The notes below the pieces were generated by a model. It was not told the origin of the DNA. It saw nothing but the letters and a program-made list of their open reading frames with translations, and searched no databases. The position numbers and the translations under genes are program-made. Positions 39,354 to 49,231 of a stretch of DNA of 64,000 nt are shown piece after piece. The DNA comes from Candidatus Cloacimonadales bacterium (GTDB lineage Bacteria > Cloacimonadota > Cloacimonadia > Cloacimonadales > DAONDQ01), in NCBI GenBank assembly GCA_963662275.1, contig OY759316.1, positions 3,904,001-3,968,000 of the forward strand, in the 5' to 3' direction. Position 1 is the stretch's first letter. Each line of letters opens with the position of its first letter.

Positions 39354-40473
39354 GTTCAAATTAATACCCGTCAATAGACCCTTTATCGGCGATGAAGAAT
39401 TATCCGAAATCAAGGAAGTATTCGAATCCAGGTGGCTTGGATTAGGTTCAAAAGTAAAAGAATTTGAAGATAAAGTTTGTGAATATCTTCATGCCCCACG
39501 TTTCCTGGCAACTAACACAGGAACGACAGCATTGCATCTTGCCTTGCGTACTTTGGGAGTCGGAAGAGGAGATGAAGTCATTGTCCCATCCTTCACCTTT
39601 GTAGCAACTATTCAAGCAATCACAGCAAGCGGTGCAGAACCTGTCTTTTGCGACATTAGTGAGAAGAACCTGAATATTGATGTTACGAAAATACAGGCTT
39701 TGATTACAAAAAATACCAAAATTATCATTCCTGTTCATTATCGGGGAGTGACCTGTGATATGGATGAGTTATTGAACATTGCGGAAAGCAATCATCTCTA
39801 TCTTATTGAAGATGCGGCACATGCTTTTGGTTCTTATTATCATCAGAAGAAGATAGGCAGCTTTGGGCATGTTACCTGTTTCAGTTTTGACCCGATCAAA
39901 AATATCACTTGTGGTGAAGGTGGAGGTATTGTCTTCCATGATCCAAAACATCATGAATTAGCAGAAAAAATGCGTATTCTTGGTATTGATAAAGACACCT
40001 GGTCAAGATATCATAACAAAAGAAGCTGGCAATATGATGTTGTCTGCGAAGGCTATCGTTACCATATGCCAAATTTCTGTGCTGCGATTGGTTTGAAACA
40101 ATTGGATAAATGTGAGATGATGAGAGCTCATAAGGCAGCAATCTGTAAAAAGTATGATGAAGCCTTTGCTAATGTGAAGAAAGTATCTATCCTGGAAACA
40201 GACTACGATGAGATCTTTCCCTTCATGTATATCGTGCTGGCAAAGAACAGGGATGAATTCATCGCATATCTTGCATCCAAAGGTGTTGGCACTGGTATTC
40301 ATTATCTTCCTGCGCATGAATTTTCATTATACCAGGATTGTAAGAAAGATGATCTTAGGGTTACAGATAAAATTTCCAAGATGAATACTACACTTCCCCT
40401 CTATTATGAAATGACAGATGAAATAGTAAATAAAATCATACAAGCAGTTTTGGATTACGAAAAAGAAAATTAG
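39346..40473 (+). CDS. DegT/DnrJ sugar aminotransferase
   Basis: GTTALH, EDAAHA, SFDPIKNI. Confidence 0.92.
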   Translation: MTEFKLIPVNRPFIGDEELSEIKEVFESRWLGLGSKVKEFEDKVCEYLHAPRFLATNTGTTALHLALRTLGVGRGDEVIVPSFTFVATIQAITASGAEPVFCDISEKNLNIDVTKIQALITKNTKIIIPVHYRGVTCDMDELLNIAESNHLYLIEDAAHAFGSYYHQKKIGSFGHVTCFSFDPIKNITCGEGGGIVFHDPKHHELAEKMRILGIDKDTWSRYHNKRSWQYDVVCEGYRYHMPNFCAAIGLKQLDKCEMMRAHKAAICKKYDEAFANVKKVSILETDYDEIFPFMYIVLAKNRDEFIAYLASKGVGTGIHYLPAHEFSLYQDCKKDDLRVTDKISKMNTTLPLYYEMTDEIVNKIIQAVLDYEKEN

Positions 40474-40530
40474 GCTTTTGCCTGAAAGACAATAGCCTAA
40501 CTCATTATATATTAAATGATATACGGATAA

Positions 40531-41613
40531 CTATCTCTGCTGATAGTTCTTATCCAGCCAGTTCTTATATGCACCTGTCTTAATATTGTTAATCCATTCC
40601 TGGTTGGATACGTACCATTCAACCGTATTTTTCAGACCCTCTTCAAAAGAAACACTCTGTTTCCATTTGAGGTCTTTCTTGATTTTATCACAATTGATGG
40701 CATATCTCCTGTCATGTCCCGGTCTATCTTTCACAGGGGTAATAAAAGAAAGATAATAGTCGGATGGTTTGCCCATTTTATCTGCCATTATGGAACAGAG
40801 CTTATGCAGGAGATGCACATTTTCCCATTCATTTTCACCGCCAACATTATAAGTTGCTCCACGTATTCCGTTTTTAGCGATTTCCCATATGGCACTACAA
40901 TGGTCTTCCACATACAACCAATCCCGTATATTCTTCCCATCACCATACAAAGGCAATGGCTTCTCCTCAAGCATGTTGATGATCATAAGAGGAATGAGCT
41001 TTTCCGGGAACTGATAAGGACCATAGTTATTTGAACAATTAGACATGGTAACAGGCAAATGATAGGTATGAAAATAAGCCATTACCAAATGATCTGAAGA
41101 AGCTTTACTTGCAGAATAAGGACTACGGGGATCATAACGGGTATCTTCAAAGAAAAATCCGCTGTCACCTAAGCTTCCGAATACTTCATCGGTTGATATA
41201 TGATGGAAAACAACGTCTGTTCTACCAGCCCAGAATTCCTTGGCAGCTTCCAATAAATGAAATGTACCCAGAATGTTTGTATTGATAAAATCAGCAGGAC
41301 CGTAGATGGAACGATCCACATGAGATTCAGCAGCAAAATGAATCACTGTATCGATATCATACTTGTGAAAAACCGCTTTCACAGCTTCAAAATTACAGAT
41401 ATCTACATGCTCAAAGAAATATCGAGTACCTCCATACTTCTGTTCTGCTGCTGCTAAATTTTCTAAATTACCAGCATACGTGAGTTTATCAAGACAGATG
41501 ATCTTCCCTTGGAAGTTATTTTGGTTAAAAAGATAATGAATAAAATTGGAACCAATAAAGCCTGCACCACCAGTGACTAGTATATTTAACATATGTTTTC
41601 CCTTGTGAATCAT
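40531..41613 (-). CDS. rfbB: dTDP-glucose 4,6-dehydratase (start likely 41592)
   Basis: GGAGFIG, AAESHVDRSI, STDEV, YSASK, DRPGHDRRY. Confidence 0.95.
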   Translation of the reverse strand: MIHKGKHMLNILVTGGAGFIGSNFIHYLFNQNNFQGKIICLDKLTYAGNLENLAAAEQKYGGTRYFFEHVDICNFEAVKAVFHKYDIDTVIHFAAESHVDRSIYGPADFINTNILGTFHLLEAAKEFWAGRTDVVFHHISTDEVFGSLGDSGFFFEDTRYDPRSPYSASKASSDHLVMAYFHTYHLPVTMSNCSNNYGPYQFPEKLIPLMIINMLEEKPLPLYGDGKNIRDWLYVEDHCSAIWEIAKNGIRGATYNVGGENEWENVHLLHKLCSIMADKMGKPSDYYLSFITPVKDRPGHDRRYAINCDKIKKDLKWKQSVSFEEGLKNTVEWYVSNQEWINNIKTGAYKNWLDKNYQQR

Positions 41614-41692
41614 CGTTATATGTGTTATTTTATTTTGACAAAGACCATTTCCTTATGTGCATAGTCAAGATAATTTTAGTTCTGCAATTTCA

Positions 41693-42586
41693 CTACTCCA
41701 TAGACTTCTTCTGGCGTGAAAGCTTGTATCTTGCTATGATCTTATTGGCTGCAATGACCATAGGCGGTCCAATAAACTTATTATTCTTCACAGCAACACC
41801 GGCATTATTTTCCTGTGCTTCCTTGTAGAGCCTCAGCATTTCCAAAGCTTCTTCATATTCGGCATCTGAAGGAGTAAAATACTGATGAACCAGTTCCAGT
41901 TCTTTTGGATGCAACACAAGCATACCTTCAAATCCAAGCATTTTTGCTAACTTCAAATTCTCTTCCAAGTCTGGTAGGTCATGTACCTGGATATGTACAG
42001 TATCAATCGGAATGACATTATTCGCTCTTGCAGCCATGGCAATCATGGCACGGGGAACATAAAGACTCTTACCTTCATGATCGTGAATGCCTTCCAGATC
42101 ACTGATAAAATCTTCACAGCCAAAGGCGATGGCAATCACTCGTTTGGAAGCCGAACAAATCTCTGTTGCATGTAACACTGCTGCGGACATTTCGATTAAT
42201 GGTATGATTTTATAGGTGCCAATCGGAATTTTCTTTTCATATTCAATGGTTTCCAGTAACTTATCAAAGAAATAGATATCTTCTCCGCGTTTTGACTTGG
42301 GATACATGAAACCATGGACACCTTCAATTGTAAGAGCTTGAATGTCTTTCAGCAGATGTCCGCTTTCCCTGTCATTTACTCTTGGAAAAACATAATAAGA
42401 TTTTAATGCCCCGGAATTGACCCATTTGGCAATACTTTCTCGAGCAACCTGTTTATTTGATTCCGGTTGAACAGAATCTTCAAGATCAAGCACTAACACA
42501 TCTGCTGTTGATTTAATAGCGCTTTGGAATAATCGCTCGTTATGACCGGGTACAAACATGAGACTTCTCATCAAATAGTCAGACAT
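41693..42586 (-). CDS. CitE / malyl-CoA lyase family protein
   Basis: RSLMFVPG, DLEDSV, PRVN, FGCED, PIDT, LHP. Confidence 0.88.
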   Translation of the reverse strand: MSDYLMRSLMFVPGHNERLFQSAIKSTADVLVLDLEDSVQPESNKQVARESIAKWVNSGALKSYYVFPRVNDRESGHLLKDIQALTIEGVHGFMYPKSKRGEDIYFFDKLLETIEYEKKIPIGTYKIIPLIEMSAAVLHATEICSASKRVIAIAFGCEDFISDLEGIHDHEGKSLYVPRAMIAMAARANNVIPIDTVHIQVHDLPDLEENLKLAKMLGFEGMLVLHPKELELVHQYFTPSDAEYEEALEMLRLYKEAQENNAGVAVKNNKFIGPPMVIAANKIIARYKLSRQKKSME

Positions 42587-43052
42587 TTTTCACCTCTCTT
42601 CTTGCAATTAGGACTTTTCTTCTTAATCGTAATACAGGCACTGAATCCTGATTATAGGCAGTTGTCTCAACATACACAATACCTCGGTCGTTTTTACTCT
42701 TGGAAGGATATACATCCAGGACTTCAGTTTTAACATGAAGTGTATCATTGACAAAGACAGGAGCTAAATGTTCGACTTTTTCATATTCCAAATTAGCAAT
42801 GGCTTTTCCGCTGATATCCGGTACAGTAATTCCAACAGTAAGACTAAAAACAAGCGTTCCAACTACCAGAATTTGTTTATGCTGAGATTTTTCAGCAAAA
42901 TCTCTATTTGTATGTAAAGGATGATGATTCATTGTTAACAAACTGAATAGATTGTTGTCACTTTCAAAGATCGTCTTTGACAACTGATGTTCTATGATTT
43001 GACCCGGAACGAAATCTTCAAAGTAATGACCTAATACACTTGCTTCCATCAT
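42579..43052 (-). CDS. MaoC family dehydratase
   Basis: [28 protein letters not shown]. Confidence 0.88.
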   Translation of the reverse strand: MMEASVLGHYFEDFVPGQIIEHQLSKTIFESDNNLFSLLTMNHHPLHTNRDFAEKSQHKQILVVGTLVFSLTVGITVPDISGKAIANLEYEKVEHLAPVFVNDTLHVKTEVLDVYPSKSKNDRGIVYVETTAYNQDSVPVLRLRRKVLIARREVKNV

Positions 43053-43921
43053 GATATCTCCGAAACTGCAAGTCGTAGCAGATATTCGCCATATCCGCTT
43101 TTACGGATCGATTCTGCGATTGCACATAATTGTTCCTGGGAGATAAATCCCTTGCGGTAGGCAATCTCTTCAATACAGCCAATTTTGAAACCTTGTCGTT
43201 GCTCAATGATCGATACATATTGTGAAGCCTGTAAAAGTGATTCAAATGTACCGGTATCCAGCCAAGCTGCTCCTCGTCCAAAAACCATGACCTTCAATTT
43301 ATCCTTTTCTAAATAGACTCGGTTCACGTCTGTTATTTCGTATTCTCCCCGAGCTGAAGGTTGAATTTCCCTGGCAACTTTGACTACTGAATTATCATAG
43401 AAATAGAGACCGGGGATTGCATAATTTGATTTCGGTAGTTTGGGCTTTTCTTCAACAGAAATCGCCTTTTGGTTCTTGTCAAATTCCACAACACCATAAC
43501 GCTCCGGATCTAAGACTGGATAAGCTGTAATAATTGCACCATCAGGCTCAGTGCATTTGATTAATTTGCTCGAAAGATCAGCACTGTAGAAGATGTTATC
43601 ACCCAAGATCAAACAAACATTGTCATCTCCAATAAAACTTGCTCCTATCACAAAAGCCTGCGCCAATCCATTCGGTATTTTTTGTACTGTATACTGAATA
43701 TTCATACCAAGTTGTGAACCATCGCCTAATAACTTGATAAAACTAGCTTGATCTTCAGGGGTAGTAATAATCAGTACTTCCCTGATGCCAGCAAGCATTA
43801 AGACTGAGAGAGGGTAATAAATCATAGGTTTGTCATAAACCGGCATTAATTGTTTACTTATTGATATTGTCAAAGGGTGTAAACGTGTACCTGAACCGCC
43901 AGCTAAAATTATGCCTTTCAT
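43049..43921 (-). CDS. rfbA: Glucose-1-phosphate thymidylyltransferase
   Basis: [40 protein letters not shown]. Confidence 0.96.
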   Translation of the reverse strand: MKGIILAGGSGTRLHPLTISISKQLMPVYDKPMIYYPLSVLMLAGIREVLIITTPEDQASFIKLLGDGSQLGMNIQYTVQKIPNGLAQAFVIGASFIGDDNVCLILGDNIFYSADLSSKLIKCTEPDGAIITAYPVLDPERYGVVEFDKNQKAISVEEKPKLPKSNYAIPGLYFYDNSVVKVAREIQPSARGEYEITDVNRVYLEKDKLKVMVFGRGAAWLDTGTFESLLQASQYVSIIEQRQGFKIGCIEEIAYRKGFISQEQLCAIAESIRKSGYGEYLLRLAVSEIS

Positions 43922-44322
43922 ATCAGTTACCTCATTATTTTAATACGATTACTTCATTCATGATAAATCCTGGATATTTATCAATCGCTAAGATGAAAAT
44001 AATTTGTCAATGAAAATGAAGATGATCCTAATTTACAAAACACTAGAAATTCTATATTTTTCAAATCCATTCTTCCTATTACTTTCAATAAAAAAATACA
44101 GCATTATACAAGATTATGTCAAGCTATTTTTCCACATCATGATTAGATAATTTGTGATTCATCAGTAAAGTAGAGTTGCTTAAGTACTTTACAGATGAAT
44201 CGCTCATAATAAGTATATCTGTATTCAAATATCTTCTCGATACAATCATCTTCGAAGGATATAGGAGATCTTCACTGGTTCAATTCTTTATTAAAATCCC
44301 TAACAAACTTCACTGGTAGAGT

Positions 44323-45357
44323 ATGATACAAAATATATCTTTACAAGCAAAATATAATCAGGAAATTATTGCATCAGAAATTGGGGGTATTATGAAACTT
44401 GTGGAACAACACTTAGAGAACTTATTAGATGAACTCTGCGAACATGAAAACATGGAAGACAGTTTACGAAAACTTGTTCATAATATGGATGATCTTTTTG
44501 AATTTCAGAGTTTGGGTATTTTCCTGAAAGATCCTCTTTCCAATCACTTCAAGTTTAAAACTGGTCGTCATTTGAGTCAACATTTTATGCAAACAGCAGA
44601 ATTCAGCTATGTAGATGAACTTATCCAAGCACTTTCCCATGGAGGAATGATAAGATGCTGTGAAAATAAACGCTTTAAATTTGAATTTGACTATATTGAC
44701 CTGGTGATCATACCCTTGATTTATCGGAGTGATTTCCAAGGGTTTATGTTCATTGATACAAATGAGTGTTTAATCACCGAAGAAGAGATCTCTGTGTATC
44801 GCATCCATGCACAATTATGCAGTCTTTTAACTCGCATCTTCTCGCAGGAACATACACTTGTACTCTCATCACTGGAAATCGATCCTGTCACCCATCTCTT
44901 TGAACCTCAAGCATTTGTGAAACATGGTTCCAGGTTATTTGAACAGATGCATCGATATCATCACGAACTTCATTATGTGGCAATGACAATTTTCGAATTC
45001 AGTGATTTGGTTCAGAAATTCGGAAAGGAGAAAGGAAAAGAATTGCGACATAAACTTGGAATAACACTTCTTTCACAACTTCGTAAATCGGATATTATGG
45101 GTTCTACAGGACCTGATTCAGGGGCTATCCTTTTCCCTGAAACAACAACTGAACATGTGCTGTTAGTAGTAAACCGTTTGAATGAATTGATCTCATCATT
45201 CCCTGAATTGAAACAACACAAGGTATGCTGGGGAATTGCCCAGATGAAAAATTCAATGACTTCCTTAGCGGATTTGCAGTTCAAGGCAGTTTCTGCCCTG
45301 GAGCACTCAATTCAATCATCCCAGCAAAATATTTTTGTTGATACAACAGGAAATTAA
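44323..45357 (+). CDS. GAF-like + degenerate GGDEF protein
   Basis: IDPVTHL; LRKSDIMGSTGPDSGAILFPET at the GGDEF position. Confidence 0.65.
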   Translation: MIQNISLQAKYNQEIIASEIGGIMKLVEQHLENLLDELCEHENMEDSLRKLVHNMDDLFEFQSLGIFLKDPLSNHFKFKTGRHLSQHFMQTAEFSYVDELIQALSHGGMIRCCENKRFKFEFDYIDLVIIPLIYRSDFQGFMFIDTNECLITEEEISVYRIHAQLCSLLTRIFSQEHTLVLSSLEIDPVTHLFEPQAFVKHGSRLFEQMHRYHHELHYVAMTIFEFSDLVQKFGKEKGKELRHKLGITLLSQLRKSDIMGSTGPDSGAILFPETTTEHVLLVVNRLNELISSFPELKQHKVCWGIAQMKNSMTSLADLQFKAVSALEHSIQSSQQNIFVDTTGN

Positions 45358-46004
45358 TGTATCTTTGTTACATATTTTGACACATCGATCACATCTATGA
45401 CTTTCTCCTGATCGACATAAAGAATTGTTGATTCATCTCCGTATGGTATCCAAGTTCCATCTGCTAACTTGATGTTAAAAGTATAATAAAAAATATCATC
45501 AACATTCGCCGGTGGTAAGGGTGAAAAAAATTCTTCATCTTTTTGAATGGAATCCGGTAAAATTATTTCCCGTGTAAATTCACTAAAGGGTGGATGATGA
45601 ATAGTATAGCTCATGGCTGTTATTGCCAGGTCCTGATAATTTTTTACTTTCACGGCTGCAAGGATAGGATCACAATATATCTTATAGGTCTCACCTGAAT
45701 TAATTTTTATATTTGTATTCTTCAAATAGACGGCCTCGTCATATTCATAGATTCGTATCATCCAGGTTTCTCCGTAAATGACAAGGGGAACCTCTTTTGT
45801 CCGTGTCCCTGTTAAGACTGTTTCCTTACCAGTATCCACTTCTACCGATTTTGAAGTATTTCCCGGAATAATAATATCTTTCCCATCTATCGTTATATAT
45901 ATGTTATATGATGATCGGTTAATCACTTTTAAAGTACCTGATGAGTTGCATGCTGTTAACATCAGCAGTATAGCCAGGCAAAAAATAAGCAAAAGTGTAC
46001 GCAT
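45354..46004 (-). CDS. Lipoprotein of unknown function
   Basis: Lipobox LTAC; AAGGAGG RBS. Confidence 0.7.
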   Translation of the reverse strand: MRTLLLIFCLAILLMLTACNSSGTLKVINRSSYNIYITIDGKDIIIPGNTSKSVEVDTGKETVLTGTRTKEVPLVIYGETWMIRIYEYDEAVYLKNTNIKINSGETYKIYCDPILAAVKVKNYQDLAITAMSYTIHHPPFSEFTREIILPDSIQKDEEFFSPLPPANVDDIFYYTFNIKLADGTWIPYGDESTILYVDQEKVIDVIDVSKYVTKIH

Positions 46005-46122
46005 GTCTTCCTCCTTTCAAGGATGGTCATAATTCCTAAATACTAAGCAATTTACAGTCCTTTTTGGCAAACGATTATATGTTCTGATTTACCTTCTGCT
46101 CTTCTTCAATTCTTAATTCTGA

Positions 46123-46683
46123 TCAAGGTTCCATATTTAAATTGCTTTGCGGTTGATTTTTTTGCAACGCGAAAGATAAATTGGTATAGAGCTCTTTATA
46201 GGTAGTGCTCAGGAGAGGCGTTCGAAAGACAATACCTTTCGGTCTCATGAGTAATTTCGGATAGAAGAAGAACTTGCGCAGAAAACTGATATGTTCAAAC
46301 AATTGGGGATCATACTCAAAAATCAGGACTGGATACTTTTTATATTTCACCCTTCTTGTTCGTATCTCGGACACATAATTCCAGGGAATCTGAAAGCTGA
46401 CAAAAGCAGTTGGCTGATAATAAACTCCCAGGTTATTAATGATAATCGCCGGTTCTTTTTGAAACAAAAGACAGGTAAAGTCAATGATACTGAGTCCGCA
46501 ATAATAAGCAAGACCCCAGGCAAACACATGAATAAACAACCAATGTTTGTTATTCTGATAGACCAACTGCCGCATGAAAAAAAAGTGGATGATATAGGAA
46601 AGTAAAACGATAAAGATTACCAGGAATAAGAAGATTTTAACTTTACTGAAATTAACTTCAATGCCAGGTTCAACCACATTCAT
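46123..46683 (-). CDS. Membrane protein (two TMs plus soluble tail)
   Basis: Hydrophobic segments, PAIIINNLG...IPW; GGGAG RBS. Confidence 0.65.
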   Translation of the reverse strand: MNVVEPGIEVNFSKVKIFLFLVIFIVLLSYIIHFFFMRQLVYQNNKHWLFIHVFAWGLAYYCGLSIIDFTCLLFQKEPAIIINNLGVYYQPTAFVSFQIPWNYVSEIRTRRVKYKKYPVLIFEYDPQLFEHISFLRKFFFYPKLLMRPKGIVFRTPLLSTTYKELYTNLSFALQKNQPQSNLNMEP

Positions 46684-47060
46684 AGGAATCTCCCTTTTGG
46701 AATTACTTTTAAATGAATATAGTTTATGCTATAGTTGTTGTTGTCAATAAAAAGAACCAAAGTAAATGCAGAAAAGATTACCAATCCATATTACGAATAA
46801 TGTACTTAAAGACTAAAACTTCAACCAAATCTTATAACCGAAATAGAAGTCACCAGCATTGAATTTAGCAGAGCTTTGGGGCGTTGTTAATTCCATAGGT
46901 ATATGAGGATCTATCAGATTTCCACCATTCAGATTGTATCATTGTGATGCATAAGTGTTAGATCGTTGAAGAAGGGATTAGGAGAGAGTGCCTTCGGACT
47001 TATCAGCGATATTAAACCGCATAGAAGCCTCGTTATAGATAATAAGGTAAAAGCAAGTTC

Positions 47061-47139
47061 ATACCAATCTTAATCCTATTTCATTCCAATGTTGCGAAAC
47101 AGGAATGAAACTGGTATGAAATTGGATTGAAACTGGTAG
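47061..47139. repeat. Inverted array of 11-bp units (same family as 11910-12043)
   Basis: 3 forward units, GC centre, then GAAACAGGAAT/GAAACTGGTAT/GAAATTGGATT/GAAACTGGTAG. Confidence 0.75.
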
Positions 47140-47146
47140 TAATAAT

Positions 47147-47616
47147 GGTGTTCGTTTTGAGTTCTCAAGAACACTAATATGCTCAAATATGCAGTTCGGA
47201 TTGAGATGCAGTTCGGAGAACGGAATTCTGCTAGCCCAGGAAGTTCTTCCAGTGGAACGAGACCAGAATAAATCCTCTGAGTCCGTAGGACGAAACCACG
47301 AATGAAGTTCAAAATCGGAATAATGGGAGAATGTGTCTTCTTCCAGACTCTTTCATACAAATGTAAGGTAATATCTTTGTTATGTCGCAAACCCAGGAAG
47401 GACTTACTGGGCTAACGGAATGACATCCTACGGATTAATTCAGGCAAAGAAAGCGCCCATGGTAATACGGCCTCCTATTCATATTCCGGTTTTGAACTTC
47501 CCTGAAAACGGGTTTTCACTACCGTGGAATGAATGATCGGAATGAAGTCCAATTTCCCTGTTAGCTAAGTGGTAATAGATAGTTTAACATGGGAAATTGA
47601 ACTCCAAATCCTCAAT
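47147..47616 (+). ncRNA. Candidate large structured RNA (unassigned)
   Basis: Several long complementary segments; most non-WC pairs are G-U on the + strand; no credible ORF. Confidence 0.45.
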
Positions 47617-47629
47617 AATCACCGATGAA

Positions 47630-47832
47630 GAATCCGACAATACCATTGTCAGTTACAAACCTCCGTAACATAAAGTGGTACTTTGTTGTATGAGGGGATT
47701 GGCAATCCCCGATGCAAGATGAATTCGACAATACCATTGTCTCATACAACAGTTTACCAAACTATGCTACGCTCCAGAATCCGACAATACCATTGTCTCA
47801 TACAACAGTTTACCAAACTATGTTACGCTCCC
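47630..47832. repeat. Double-hairpin REP-like cluster
   Basis: 56-bp tandem pair 47721-47776/47777-47832, partial copy at 47630, inverted variant at 47664-47710. Confidence 0.85.
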
Positions 47833-47845
47833 GCATTCTCAAAAA

Positions 47846-48943
47846 TCAAGGGGAAACCCTGACGCAGCGAAAGCCTATATGGCAGGTGCTGGTAGCCGCA
47901 TCGCCGTAGTTCCGAGCGGAAACGACGCAGTAGCTGGCACTGTCGCCCCAGCCACCGCCGCGGTGCACGCGGGCAGACCCGCTGACGACGCCATGAGGAT
48001 TGTTCTGCGCTCCACTCGGATAATCACCATAAATGTCCCAATTCCACTCCCAGACGTTACCGCTCATGTCAAATATGCCAAGTTCATTAGCTGTATTGGT
48101 GCCAACTGTATGAGTTGTGCTACCTGAGTTGGAATAGTACCAAGCAACAGCATTTATATCTTCACTACCACTGTAGGTATAACCGTGAGTTGAGTTACCA
48201 CCCCGGGCAGCAAATTCCCATTCCGCTTCGGTTGGGAGGCGATAACCGTTGGCTGTCCAAGAGCAGGTGACATTTGTGTGGTTGTTATAATCGGAATTCC
48301 AACCTGAAGGCCAGGTGGCCGGGTTAGTACCATAAGTAAGATAACTGTAACACGGTGTAAGACCTTCGCTGATGCTCCGCTTGTTACAATACTCGATGGC
48401 ATTGAACCAGGATACTTGCTCCACGGGTCCATTCGTTACACTAGAATAATAAGATGGATTTGTTCCCATCACAGCCTGATATGCAGCTTGCGTAAGCTCA
48501 TATTTATCTAAATAATAACTACTAACCGTCACATTAGAGGTGCCATTGTTGAATGTGCCACCTGCAACAAGTACGAAGTTAGCCGGAACAGATATGCTAT
48601 CCCAAGCCTGTACTTTGAAAGCAAACTGGTTGCCGTCCAATGGTGTTGCTTCATTTCCGGCATGCCAGACGATGTGCTTGCCGGTACCAATGTGTATCTT
48701 GCCAGTATCTCCACTGAGGTTGGCAGGTGTGACAGTGACCGTAAAAGTAATTCCGGCGTCATTAGACACGCTCATACTGACCCATACGCTGTCGGTGCTC
48801 GAGCAGGCTACATCATAATATATATCCAGTATTTTACTGCCATCGGTGCGCTGGGCAGCAGTGGCATTCGTTACAACAGGAGAGACAGCATAAATCGTAG
48901 CTGAAAGAATGATTACGAGAAATAGCAGAGATATTTTTCTCAT
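47846..48943 (-). CDS. Secreted FGE-sulfatase (SUMF1/CLec-fold) protein, putative DGR target
   Basis: Signal peptide, YRLPTEAEWEFAARGG, DMSGNVWEW, RGGGW...GFR; abrupt GC-rich 3' end. Confidence 0.9.
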   Translation of the reverse strand: MRKISLLFLVIILSATIYAVSPVVTNATAAQRTDGSKILDIYYDVACSSTDSVWVSMSVSNDAGITFTVTVTPANLSGDTGKIHIGTGKHIVWHAGNEATPLDGNQFAFKVQAWDSISVPANFVLVAGGTFNNGTSNVTVSSYYLDKYELTQAAYQAVMGTNPSYYSSVTNGPVEQVSWFNAIEYCNKRSISEGLTPCYSYLTYGTNPATWPSGWNSDYNNHTNVTCSWTANGYRLPTEAEWEFAARGGNSTHGYTYSGSEDINAVAWYYSNSGSTTHTVGTNTANELGIFDMSGNVWEWNWDIYGDYPSGAQNNPHGVVSGSARVHRGGGWGDSASYCVVSARNYGDAATSTCHIGFRCVRVSP

Positions 48944-48995
48944 TTTATTCTCCTTAGATATTTTAATTTAACTGAAAGCAAGGAAAAGCAGAAAA

Positions 48996-49129
48996 TCAAA
49001 CTCTCCCTTGGTCCCTCCCTTTATCCAAAGGGAGGGAAATCAGACAGGATGCGGATCGATGAATTGCCAGTCTGGATAATTCCTCCCTTTGGATAAAGGG
49101 AGGTGGCAATTTATTGTCGGAGAGTTTGA
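48996..49129. repeat. Composite palindrome
   Basis: CCTCCCTTTATCCAAAGGGAGG (49014-49035) and its reverse complement (49082-49103); outer TCAAACTCTCC/GGAGAGTTTGA. Confidence 0.75.
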
Positions 49130-49231
49130 AAAACCGCGAATTAAACGACATCTTAGACACATCCTGTTAGCTTCGTTGCCAATTCGGGTTTGAATTCCAA
49201 AGATAGCCCGCAGTTGAAATTCGATAACCCA

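Noticed and set aside
46810..47050. Remnant of a C-terminal-domain gene (minus-strand SPNPFFN)
   Set aside because: Too short and interrupted to support
47304..47500. 6S RNA or retron ncRNA
   Set aside because: Length and closing stem fit, but the interior is not a clear rod with a central bubble and no RT is adjacent; left unassigned
47274..47530. Hammerhead ribozyme (TGAGTCCGTAGGACGAAAC)
   Set aside because: Stem II and GAAA match, but the core reads CCTCTGA rather than CTGANGA and no UH follows the CGTGG partner strand
47721..47832. Mini-CRISPR or DGR template repeat
   Set aside because: Whole-unit tandem duplication with no unique spacer; no similarity to the VR and not AAC-rich
47076..47909. 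ORFs 47076-47390 and 47712-47909
   Set aside because: They run through repeats or structured DNA and show no protein motifs
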